64,000 nucleotides of DNA from Camelus ferus. Lineage: Eukaryota. Positions 42,156 through 54,540 of this stretch are shown in pieces; position 1 is the stretch's first letter; each line of letters starts with the position of its first letter. The stretch covers positions 49,044,001-49,108,000 of the forward strand of contig NC_045704.1 of the NCBI RefSeq assembly GCF_009834535.1, written 5' to 3'. The notes beneath the pieces are model-generated. The model was not told the origin of the DNA, did no database searches, and was given only the letters and a program-made list of their open reading frames with translations. A program made the position numbers and the translations under genes.

Positions 42156-44529
42156 TCAGCTGTCCAGCTCGCTTCCCAAGTTGGATGGAGCTATTCACAA
42201 TCTCAAGGAGTCAGGCTGGGCTGCCAGACAAAAGGGGGAGGCTGGTGAGTAATCAGTGTGTCCAAACAGCCTCTGTCAGCGTTGGCATGAAAGGAGATAG
42301 ACAGCTTCAATCCTGGGCTCCCTCCCTCCTCCGGCTGCTGGTCAGCCAGCCCACCAAACTAGTGAGTGGTTCGCAATGACCCCGTGGCCCCTGCTAATCA
42401 TTGCAGGATTATTAGAGCCCTTGGGGAGCCCTCTGAGACCCTGCTGATTGGCCCGTAGACATTCCAGGGCTGCGGATTAACGAATAATGGCTGTGCCCTT
42501 GCTGGGACAGGGTCCTTGGGGCCCATCGGCAGCTTCTCCTCTCAGCGCCAAGCCTGGGGAGGCTGGGGCCCTGTGCCCTGTGGGCAGGCAGGAACTGGGC
42601 AAGACCCTAAGGAAGTTCTTTACTTTCTTGGGAAGCTCATCCCATCCCCCAGCCATGAATTAAACATAGGCAGGTGGTAACCGCACACCAGTCAGGTGCC
42701 ACCAGTGGGGGCACTGGGGCGGTGGGTTTGCAGGGGAGTGGGCTGGGGCTGAAACTGGTACCTTAGGACAATCTGTCTGGGTGGTGTAGGGGGCTGGGCC
42801 CCAGCCTTTGTGCCCCTACCCCCACTCACATGACTACAGGCCAGGAGAGGACCAGCCCAGGAGGAGAGCACGTGATGCCCTTGGCTGACTGGAGCCCCTG
42901 CTGGGAACAAGTTGGCCTCCAGACAAACAGACAGTGTAGCAGGAGGGCAGAAAACTGCCATGATGCCCCAGGGCCTGGCCGAGACTTGCACAATCCCAGT
43001 GGAATAAGCTGAAGCTGAAGCAGATCTGTATCACGGCCCACATTTCTTAGAAAAAAGAGTCTGTCCTGCAGGCCACAGTCAAATGCCCGCATTCCCCTCA
43101 GGGCAGATCAAAGGTTTTTCAGCCATCCCAAAAGACAGTCTTGCAAGCCAGCTACATCCTCCTAGAATGCGTGTGACCCCTGGCCCCTAGGCCTGCACCC
43201 ACTCAGAGCCAGGTGTCCACTCCCTGGAAGCTCTGCTGAGATGCAAGTGGGCTTAGCTTGCTGGAGTGGGAGTGGGGAACAACGATGGACTGTGGATACC
43301 TTCATGGGTGTTGGGGAGTTGGGGCAGGGCTGGCATAAGGACCTCTAAGCTGGCCTTCAGTTGCGTGCCCCATTAAAATACCCAGGGCCTCGGGCCTTTT
43401 TCTCCCTCTAACTGATAACCAGACAACCTCAAATTCACCATCTGGATCCCAGAAGTGCTTAATAAAATAGTGACCTTTTTCTATAGAGCTTACAAAGCAC
43501 CTTCACACATGAGTTCACTTAATTGTTGCAGCAACCCTGGGCAGCGGCAGACGCAGTACCCATTTTGTAGATAAGGAAGCTGGGCTCGGTGTGTCTAAGG
43601 AACTTTTCCCGGGTCACCCAGCGAGCACATGGTGCGACCCAGCTAATCCAGAGTCTGTCTGCACACTCCCAGACACTGGTGCTTTCAGTTACTTCATGGC
43701 CCTTTGAGTTCAGTTCCCACGGCCCTGCTCTATGCCAGGTGACAGAAGACCCAAGTCCTGCTCCTGGGCTTTGGAGATAAAAGTGTCTAGTTTTCCTGTA
43801 ACACAAAGCTGGGCATGTAGCACAGGTGGGAGGAAAATATACTTTGGGACCTGAGTGGAATGAGTTTGGAGGGGCCCTGTTTCACTGTAAGAGGAGACCA
43901 GGGTGAGCCCGACTTCAGAAGCCAGAGGGGGAGAAACTGAGCAGAGAAAAGAGCAGACTGGACATTGGAAGGCCTAGGTTCTAACCCAGGTTCTCTGTAT
44001 GACCCAGGGATTATCACTTCCACCCTGGGTCTCAATGTCCAGTGGTGTAAAGCAGGGGCGACAACCTCGCTGGACTCCTTACCAGGGCACTGCAAAGTAA
44101 TGTATGCAATATTTCCTCCTGGGTCCAGACTTTTTGCAAGAGCCTGCTGAGTGCTTGGGGTGGGTTTTGAGAATGAGCATCCCCTTTCTTGGAAGACAGA
44201 GTTCCCCAATAAGCAACCTCTAATCTGATTTCTATCAGAAATCATAAGTTAATTTTATTTATTCAGAATTTTGTATAAATAGACTCAGAGAATAGACATA
44301 CATTGAGGGCTAGAGTCCTTAGCTCCATGAAATGTCTATAAGATTAATCCGTGTTGTTGCCTATATCAGTAGGTTGTTTTGTTGTTGTTGTTATTTTACT
44401 TGATATTAGTGTTTCATTGTATTTTCACTCTCATTGATGGATATTTGGGTTGTTTTTAGCTTTTGTTTATTACAAGTAAAATTGCTATGAACATGATTGT
44501 ACAATTAAAATTTTTCTGTTAATTAACAC

Positions 44530-47500
44530 TTATAAAAGAAAGAAAAGACAAAATTACCTAAATCAGGAAAGAAAGAAGGGACATCATCACAACCGATCCT
44601 ACAGAAATCAGAAAGGTTGTAAGGGAATATTAAGAACAACTTATGTCAACAAAATAAACAATATAAGTACAATAAACAGATTCCTAGAAAGACAAATTAC
44701 CAAAAGGGACTCAAGAAAAAATAGAAAATCTTAAAAAAAGAAAATCTGAATAGACCTATTGCAATAAAAGAAATTGAATGAGTGCTTAAAAATCTTCCCA
44801 CAAAGGAAAGCTTAGGTGCACATGGCTTCATTGGTGAATTCTATCAAATATTTAAGCAAGGAATAATACCAATCATATGTAAACATTTTCAGAAAGCAGA
44901 AGAGGAGGATTTTCCAACTCATAAGTTCAGTATTATCCTACTACCAAAGCCCCAAAACATCACAAGAAAAGAAAATTATAGATCAACATCAGGCATGAGT
45001 AGAGACACAAAAATCCTCAATGAAATATTATGATACCTAATCTAGCACCATATAGAAGGATTAAACACCATGACCAGATAGTGTTTATTCTAAGAATGCA
45101 GGGTTGGTTTAACATTTAAAAATTAATTAATGTGGTTTTCCAGTCAAGATGGTGGAGCAGTAGAACCATGACCTTGCCTCTCCTTGCGACTACAACAAAA
45201 CCACAACTCACTGCTAAACAACCATTGAAAAAAAGACTAGAACCTAGCAAAAAAGACTTTCTTCAACTGGAAACATACAGAGGGAACCACAGCAGGATGG
45301 TAGGAGGGGTGATCTCGTGATATAATTACCCCCCAGGTGGGTGACCCACAAGCTGAAGAATAATTAAGTTGCAGAGGGCCTCCCACAGGAATGAGAGTTC
45401 TGAGCCCCACATCAGGCTCCCCAGACCAGGGTTCTGGCATTGGGAGGAGGAGACCCCAAGACATCTGGTTTTGAAGGCCAGTGAGACTTAACTCCAGGAG
45501 CCCCATGGGACTGGGGGAAAACAGAGACTTCATTCTCTTGGGAAGCAGACACAGTCTCTCACTTGTACCAGGTCCAGGGGCAGAAACAGTGATTTCATAG
45601 GAACCTGGGCCAGACCTGCCTGCTGGTTTTGGAACGTCTCCTGGGGAAGTAGGATACAGCTGTGAAACACCCAGGGGACATAAAAGCTGATGGCAGACAT
45701 TCCAGGAGTGTTCATCTACATGAGCTTTCCTGGATACTGACATCTTGATTGGATCACTATCACCAAGACCTAGCCCCACCCAACAGCCTGTAGGCTTAAA
45801 GTCTGGAAAGACTCAGGTCAAACAACATACTGGGTGGGAACACAGCGCCACCCATCGACAGACCTCCTGAGCCACAAACACCTCTAGACAGGGCCCTACC
45901 CACCAGAGGTCCAAGACCAAGTTTCACCCAGCAGTGGGCAGGCACCAGCTCCTCCTGCCTGGAAACCTGCATAAACTTCTAATCCAGCCTCATCCACCAA
46001 GGGGCAGATACTAGAAATAAGAAAACAACAATCCCAAAGCCTATGGAAGGAATCCACAAACACAGGCCAGACTCTACACTGGGACCAGCTGGACTCTGGC
46101 CCTTGGATGACAAGAGAGAAGTGCACTGCTGGGACGCATAGGACATCTCCCACACAGGGCCACTGCTCCAAGGTCAAGAAATGTTACATAACCTACCTAA
46201 AAATACAAACAGGAAGATAGACAATATGAAGTGGCAGAGGAATATCTTTCAGGCCAAGGCACAAGATACAATCCCAGAAGAAATAAGTGATGAGGAGATA
46301 GGCAATATCTGAGAAAGAGTTTAAAGTAACGATGACAAAGATGTTCAGAGAACTCAAGAGAAGTATAAATGGACAGAATGAAGATTTTAGCAAAGAACTG
46401 GAAAATATCAAGAATACCCAAACAGAGTTGAAGAATAAAATCACTGAAATGAATAATACACTAGAGGGAACCAAGAATAGACTAAATGAGGCAGAAGAAC
46501 AGATTAGTGAGGTAGAAGATAGATTAGTGGAAATCACTGTGGCAGAACAGAAAAAAGAATGAAAAGAAATGAGGATAGTTGAAGAGAACTCTGGGACAAA
46601 ATGAAGTGCACAAATATTTGCATTACAGGGGTCTCAGAAAGAGAAGAGAGAGAGCAAGAACCTGAGAAAATTCTTGGAGAGATAATAACTGAAAAATTCC
46701 CTAACTTGGGAAAGGAAACAGTCACCCAAGTCCAGGAAATGCAAAGAGTTCCACACAGGATCAACCCAAAGAGGAAAACAATAAGGCACATAGTAATCAA
46801 GTTGACAAAAATTAAGGATAAGAATTAAGTATTAAAATCAGCAAGAGAAAAGCAACAAATAACATAAAAGGAAACTCCCGTAAGGTTATCAGCTGATTTT
46901 TCAACAGAAACCCTACAGGCCAGAAGGGAGTGGCATGATATATTTAAAGTGATGAAAGGGAAAAACTTACAACCAAGAATATTCTATCCAGCAAGGCTCT
47001 CGTTCAGATTTGATGGAGAAATCAAAAGCTTCACAGATAAATGCTAAAAGAATTCAGCACCACCAAATCAGCTTTACAACAAATGTTAAAGGAACTTCTT
47101 AGTCATCAAACCACAAGAAAAGAGAACAAAAAGAAGAAAGAAAAAAAAAGACCAACAAAAGATTGCTTTAGAAATTCAGGGTCTTTTATGGTTCCATATA
47201 AATTTTGGAATTGTTTGTTCTAATTCTATGAAAAATGTCATGGGTATTTTGACAGGCGTTGCACTGAATCTGTAGATTGCTTTGGGTAGTGTGGCCATTT
47301 TGATAATGTTGATTCTTCCAATCCAAGAGTATCTTTCCATTTCTTTATATCATCTTCAATTTCCTTCATCAGTGTTTTACAGTTTTCAGAGTATAGGTAA
47401 CCTCCTTGGTTAAGTATTTTTCTAGGTATTTTGTTGTTTTTGATGCAATGGAAATGTTTATGCCAGTTATAAAATTCTGGTTTTTGAAGTGCAAAACAAA

Positions 47501-48465
47501 AAAAAAGTGAATTAAGGGCCGCAAATGGCAAAATATCCTTTTTGTGGGTGTGTGCTACATCTTCTTTATCCATTCATCTATTGATGTGCACTTGGGATGC
47601 TTCCATATCTTGGAGATTGTAAGTGGTGCTGCTGTTAATAGTGGGGTATATGTATCTTTTAAATTAATGTTTTTGTTTTTCTTGGATATATGTCCAGGAG
47701 TGGACTTGCTGGGCCATGTAGTGGTTCTTTTTTGGGTTTTTGAGAAACCTCCATATTGTCTTCCATGGTGGCTGCACCAGTTTGCACTCCCAGCAGCAGA
47801 GTAGAAAGGTTCCCATTTCTCCACATCCTTGCCAGCATTTGTTATTTGTGTTCTTTTTGATGATGACAATTCTGACAGGTGTGAGATGGTACAAATTAAA
47901 ATCAGCAAGAGAAAAGCAACAAATATCATATAAGGGAATTCCCTTTGTATGTCATTGTGATTTTGATTTGTGTTTCCCTAATATTAGTGATGTTGAGCAG
48001 CTTTTCATGTTCTTGTTGGCCATCTGCATTTCTTCTTTTGGAAAAATGTCTATTCAGTTCTTCTGCCGATATTTTAAGTGGGTTGGTTGGTTGCTTTTTA
48101 AATGAAGTATAGTTGATTTAAAATGTTGTATTATTTTCTGGTGTACAGCATGGATGGGCACAGAGGGCATTATGCTAAATGAAATAAGTCAGACAGAAAA
48201 AGACAAATACTATAAAATATCACTTACATGTGTAATCTAAAAAAATACAACAAACTAGTGAATATAACAGAAAAGAAACAGACTCCCAGATGTAGAAAAG
48301 GAACTAGTGGTTACCAGTGGGGAGAGGGAAAGGGGAAGGGCGAGATGGAGGTGGGGATTAAGAGGTACAAACCATCAGGTATAAAATAAGCTACAAGGCT
48401 GTATGTACAACATGGGGAACATAGCCAGTATTTTATAATAATTATAAATGGAGTATAAACTTTTG
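44530..48465. mobile_element. LINE-1 cluster: old ORF2 piece, 5' UTR plus broken ORF1 (+, about 45140-47160), inverted ORF2/3' pieces (-, about 47160-48150), 3' UTR (+, about 48150-48465)
   Basis: ORF1 coiled-coil and RRM fragments in ORFs 46332-46562 and 46601-46828; ORF2 YHLTPVR motif on minus. Confidence 0.85.
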
Positions 48466-49605
48466 CATGTGGGATGAGGTGTGGCACCAGGTCACACACA
48501 GAGGGTCTGTGCCTACCCCTTTCTGAGCAAAGTATGGGGACCAGATATTGAGAAAGTGTTTGAGGAGAAAATGTGCAGCCCGGAACAAGCAAATATGCTG
48601 TTGGGCCCAGAGCTCTGCACTAAGCGGGCTTGGAGAGGAGACTGGGATCCTGTTCTTCATGCCCAAGTCCAACAGGCTTGTTGCTACGGGGATGTCTTCC
48701 TCCCGTGATTCTGCTGTGCTTCGATTTAAATTGCTGCCCTGAGAAGGGTAACAAGTCCCAGGTGGGGGCTCACTGACTGGGTGAAACTCTAGCCAGGCTC
48801 CCCTGACTCCAGACTTTCCTCTGTGCCAAGGATCCAGGCTGCCTTTGCTTCTCAAGGCCGCAGGAGTTGGTCCCCTTGGTGATGGGATGAGAGGCAGGAC
48901 ACAAGCTTCCCAGGAGGCTGCTGTGACGTTCCACCCAAAGCCTGTAGGAGCAGAGGTTCGGCGTCTGAACTGGTCACCCAGGGGAGGTGGCCCAGGACAC
49001 AGCCAGCAGACCAGTGCTAGAAGTTCTCAGGGGAATGAAGGGCAAACATTCAGCAAGAAGCAGTGGCTCGTAGATAATGGAAAGCTAAGAGGCCAAGTCA
49101 GCCAAGATCACCTGAGGCCCGGGAATAGCACTGCTCATAGGTCATCCACACACAGCAGCCCTGGGCCTGGAAAGAGCTCCCTGAGCTCAGTCAAGCGCCC
49201 AGGATTCCCAGGTGCCTCCTGAGTGCACCTGCACCAAGCCCAGGTAGTTCTTACTGAAGTCACAGTGAGGTCAAAGTATCCGCCTCAGTGGCACCTGGGG
49301 ACTCCCACCCAGCTCCCACCGCAAGCTGCAGGGTAACAGCCTGGGCACAGGCTCTGCGCTTCAGCTGCGTGTCTCCAGCCTCCGCCGTCATTCATTCTGG
49401 CTCAACTCCCCGTATCCCACAGCCCAGAGCCTCAGTGCCCGGCCGTGCAGCTCACTTTGCAACAATCACAACAAGAGTAGCTGTTGTGCCCTGAAAAATT
49501 TTGCAGTGGACCAAGTGTTCTATGTTCCTTATTTGAGTCTTGCAAAAACAAAAACAAAGGGAGAAAAAGTATCATTGCCCACGTTACAAGCAAGTAAATG
49601 GAGGT

Positions 49606-49990
49606 TGTGATGATTAATTGTATGTGCCAACCTGTCAAGCAAGAGTCTAGATATTGATGCAGAGGTATTTTCTAGCTACGAATACCATTTAAATCAGTAG
49701 ACTTTGAGGAAAGCAGATCACCCTCCATGATGTGAGTGGGCCTCATCCATTCAGCTGAAGGTCTTAAGAGAGAAGACAGAGGCCCCCGCAGAGGGAGGAG
49801 GAATGGGTGGGACCGCCTACCGCCTGGGAACTGGAGCGCCCACATCAGCTCTGCCCTGGGCCTCCAGCCTGCCGGCCTGCCTCGCGCACTTCAGGCCTGC
49901 AGCCCATAGTCCTGTGGGTCAGTCTTCAGGACAAATCTCTCCCTCTACATGTATACACGTCCTGCTGGTTCTCTCTCTCTCTAATCTCTG
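49606..49990 (+). mobile_element. ERVL MLT2-like LTR
   Basis: Starts TGTGATGATTAATT..TGTGCCAAC; contains GGGCCTCATCCATTCAG; ends near CCTGCTGGTTCTCT. Confidence 0.6.
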
Positions 49991-52900
49991 TTGGTGACTA
50001 GCACAGAGGACCCAGAAAGGGTCACACACCAAGGAAGAGTCAGTGCTGGCATCCATACCCAGGCCAGCTCAGCTCCAAAGTCCTGCTCTTCCCCAACCAC
50101 CACACCCACCCTTTCAGCTCAGACTCAACATGCTGCCGGGCCCAAGTGTCTAGGGGTCTCTGCTCTACAGCGCCTGTCGTGGGAAGGTTAGCGGGAGGGA
50201 AAGGGCACAGCCCTCCTTGGGAGGCTGCACCAAAGCAGCTGCACCTCGGGCCCTCCTGTGCGATAAGGGGCCATGTTGGGTTATCACCTCTCGGGGAGGG
50301 AGATTTTATTAGTCTGACTTGGGTTTCTAACTAATCTCCCTGTGAGGGGCTGTGCAACCCAGGAAACCTCAGTTCGTAGGCCACAGTGCCACCTCCTGCT
50401 TTATATGACGAAAGAGCATGACTGAATCACTGTGATCTGTGAGGCCACTGCGGCATTAGCCCCATTTCACAGATTGGCAAACAGAGCTTCGTCAAGAACC
50501 CGCTCAAGTCCTGTCTCACCCACACAGCGTTACACAACTACCGTTTCTCCTCCAGACTCTTCAATAGTCGGCATCCAGTGGATTCTAGATACAGAGAAGT
50601 TCCTGGAAAGCCCTTCAGAGGAACTGATGTGTCCTTCAGCCTTGTTGATTCCAGTTCATTCAGAGGTACGGGTTTAGATTTCCCAGGTGATTCTAAGCAC
50701 CACCACTGTCTCTGGCACATGACTTAGCACTCACTTGAATAGGTCACTACTTCATGTGTTAAAGACTTGGATGTGAGGTCTGGTTTTATTTTCTGTAACT
50801 TGAGAATGTGTTTCTCCAAGGCTCACTGTCCTCATAGGTGAAGCAGGGACACTGTCCTCTGATTTACACAGTTTTGGTGGAGTGTCGTTGTGGTGAGGCA
50901 GGTAGGGCACCGCACAGTGCCTGGCACATGAGCCAGTTTTACCATTACCTCACAGGGGCTCAGAAATGGCGCCACTGCAGCCAGCACAGCGCTAAGCCCA
51001 GAGCAGGTGTTTTACTGCAACACGAGACTGTGATTTGTGGCTGGAAGTTGGTGAAGTGAGAACACTGGCTGCTTCTCTCCCCACAGGTGTGAACGGGAAT
51101 GCACACACACGGGATCCCAGCACATGGGGAAACACCACGTGCCACGTTCTTACCGGGAAATCAAGGTAAGGCTGGGTGTCAAGTCCAGTGACAGCGACAG
51201 TGACTTCTGGTGGTGGAACGGGGCTTTCTCCCAACAGCCACGCCCCCACTGCGGAGGGAAACGTTTATAAATGCCTGTATCTTCGTTTCCTCGGTTCCCA
51301 AATTCTCTTTTATACTTTGGTAAAGGCAGGTACAGATGGTTTTATGTACAGTGTTCAGTGTCAGTGATGGCAAATGCATATACCTGGTTACTACAGATGC
51401 AGACCATTTCACAAATAGACATGGCAAGGGTAGTTCAAATGTCTGTTTATTTATTCGCAAACTTAGTAACATGAAAAGATTCTCAGTTGAAACCTGGCTT
51501 GATAGAAATACACTGCACAATGTTAATACCGCATTCATGGAGGGCAGAGATGCTGGGTCACCCTGTGTGCCTATTGTCACCAGGGCTCGGGAGAAAGAAC
51601 CATTTACTAAAGTGCTTCAAACATCCTCTGAACCACAGGCTGATGCTACACAGGGACAGAAAATGCTGAGTTGAACTGCACATTTACAAATGCAAAGAAT
51701 GAGTGGTAGCACTTTACAATAATTACACTGGCATTTTCACACATCCCAAGAGTCAACCAGAGAGTAAAGTGATAACCGTGCTGCTAGAAGACCCTTCACT
51801 GAAACAAGGTGCAGAGCTTTCTACCCGACACTCCCTAGTTCTGAGGAAGGAGAAGCTATGTGGGTTGGATGGGTCCCCTCAGACAAAATGAAGGTACTTT
51901 TGTTTTCATGCTTCCCATCTCCAGCCACCATGTGGCATTCTGGAATGTAAGGCACTAGAACCTGGCTTGGGGGAAAGAGGTGCTCTGAGCTCCAGTTCTT
52001 GGTGTGTGAAGCAAATCCTGGCACAGATCTTTTGAAACAGGTGCTAAATGTATCCTCCCCATGTCTTGCAATTCTTGTCCTTAAAGAGTGAAAAATGAGA
52101 AGGCAGAAGGTTTGCAAAGCATAAAATTGATGCACCTAATGTTGTGAAAGTCATGGCCCATGAAGAAATACGTAATTCTCTAAGGGTTGCAGATACTATG
52201 CTCAGAGAAGTCAAGAACCATACAAGAAATAACTCTGGTCTTTAACAGGAAAGGAGAAGCCAAGACAACAAAAACAATCCTCTTGAAAAACATTGCATCG
52301 GTGCTTATGAGAGCCTACAAAGAACAAGACTCAATATTGACAATGAAGGGAGCCCCAGGGCTTAGCATTTAAAGCAGAGGCTTAAAAAGGGCATGGGTGA
52401 GGGGAGCTTGGAGAAATCTATACAGCTTGTTCACTGCTTACTGCATGAAACCAGAATGTAGTTAAACAGGTTAAACAGCACTTTATATATTCCAGCCACC
52501 ATTTCCTATAGACAACTTGGTTTCTGCCAAATTCACATGCCGGGCAATGGCATCAGCAGGATGGCTCATCACGAAAATTTGTGGTTTTTCTCCCCCAATT
52601 GCCACAGTTAGGTATCAGGAAAGGCTCACCCGAGAATATGCCTCAGCTGTGTTAGCCTGTGCCCTCTTCTTTTTTAGGCAGCTGGTGACCCTAAGCTTTA
52701 AGCCCAGAGCTAAAATATTAAAGTATGTATCTAGCATGGAGGCCCAGAATGCCCTGAACTTCCATGCATCAGAGTAGCAAACGGCAGTATTGGTTCTCAG
52801 GAAACCAGACCTCCTATGGGCTATTTTGTGTGAGTTAACTGGCAAGTGAGGGTGTACAAAGTATGCAGGTTGTGGGCTGGCCCAGTCACACAGGGGTCCC

Positions 52901-53399
52901 TGGAATTATATGATCACTCCTTCATGGCAGAAGCGCTTTCTTTCCTGCGCACTGCTGAGTCCCATCACCTAGCACGGTGCCCGGCCACAAGAGGCCCTCC
53001 ATCAAACAACATTGGCTTGTGTGGTGAGATGGGCTTGAATCCAATGGATGGAATTGGCCAGTGTGGTCCAAGAAGCAGGGGAGGCTGTACTATTAGTTCG
53101 CTCTCCATTCAGAGGATATTTACTGGACGTTGTGCCAAGCACTGTTCTAAATGCTGAGAACATACCCCTGTATGTGATTTAGGTACTGTGGTCAGAGGGC
53201 AGAGCTTGCAACCAGTGGGAAAGGCTGTCAACAAGCACTCATCTACTGTAGTGACAAGTTCTCTAAAGGAAAGAACACAGGGCGATGTGATAGTAGGTGA
53301 GGTGGGGGAGTGGGTGGGCAACTTCTCAGCGGTTGGAGTGAATGATTCCTTCTCCTCTGGTCCAGACAAGCAGGCAAGGTGCAAAGAGTAAGATCCCGC

Positions 53400-54540
53400 C
53401 CACAGCTCAGGTCCTCTAATCCTGCCTCTGAAGTCGGGACAGGCCAGCCGGCCGGATTTCCGATCCTCTCTGCTAGAGATTCGCCCAAGAAGACCGGAGC
53501 GATTCCAAAGAAGAAAGTGGCTGTCGGTCGAGAAGTCATTTTTACCCCCTGGACTAGAGTGTCTTTGGGAGGCGGACCCACGTAGGTCCGGATGTGGCAA
53601 GACGCCTCGAGGGAAGAGGGAACCTTCCCCCCCCCTCCAACGCTCCCCACACTCGGGCGGGGCTGCCGCCATCTCCGCCGTCCCGGCTCCTCCTGCAGAA
53701 ATCGACAGGATCCGAGACCGGGGCTGCAAAGTAGCCCCGAAAGACCAGGCCTCCAGCTGGCCTCCATCTTGGTGGAGTGGAGAGCCCCAGGGGAGTGGCC
53801 TCGCGAGACCCAAACAAGCCCACGTGCCAGGGGGCGGGGCCCTACCGTGACGTCACGGCGCGCGCGGGCGCGCTTTATATCACGCACCGGCGTCCCCTTG
53901 CTAGGGACCGTAAAGCGCGGAAGGTCGCGGGCTCAATTTTCCCCGGAACTTTTTTCCTCCCGCCGCCTCGTCCCCTCCCCATTCCTTGTGCCCCCTTTCC
54001 GGCCTCCGCGACCCCCCGCGACTGCTGTGGCGGCTGCTGCTATGCGTCAGCCCGGGTGTTGCTGAGCGCGGAGCCCGTGGGGGCACGTGAGGTAAGGAGA
54101 AGCCGCGGGGCCGCTGTGGCCTCCCCGTCCGCGCGGGCCTTAGGGCCCCCGGGACCCCCAGGGCCCCCTCTTTCCGCTGTGGTCTCGCTCAGGAGGGTCC
54201 CGGCCGTCCCTCGCTTCCCGGCGGATCTGCCCGGTCCTCCGGAAGGCGGACAGTGGGTCGGCTGAACTCCCTCAGCCTCTGCGGCTGTGGCGTCTCGGGG
54301 ACCCGTGTCCAGCTGCCCCGGGGCCCGCGCACCGGCTCTGCCAGGCGCCCGCAGCTCAGCCTGGATGCCCACGCTCTTGTAGGCCCGCCTTGGGCAGGCA
54401 CCCCTTCCCCCACTCCCACCCCGCAGCGCGGCTCAGGCTTGTTCAGCTGGGACAACTCTGCAGGTGGAGTTGTTTCCCCGCGTGGAAACGCGCGGTCCGC
54501 TTGTGCTTAAGTAACTGGTAAAACTTGCGGCCGAGTCTGG
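53400..54540 (+). promoter_or_regulatory. PDPR: PDPR CpG-island promoter and non-coding exon 1 (donor after 54091)
   Basis: E-box CACGTG 53821-53826, GC box 53831-53840, CRE TGACGTCA 53848-53855, TATA-like 53874-53880, donor GAG|gtaagg. Confidence 0.8.

Noticed and set aside
53109..54510. Long ORFs on both strands in the PDPR CpG island
   Set aside because: Pro/Arg/Gly-rich, as expected from GC content; no recognisable family.
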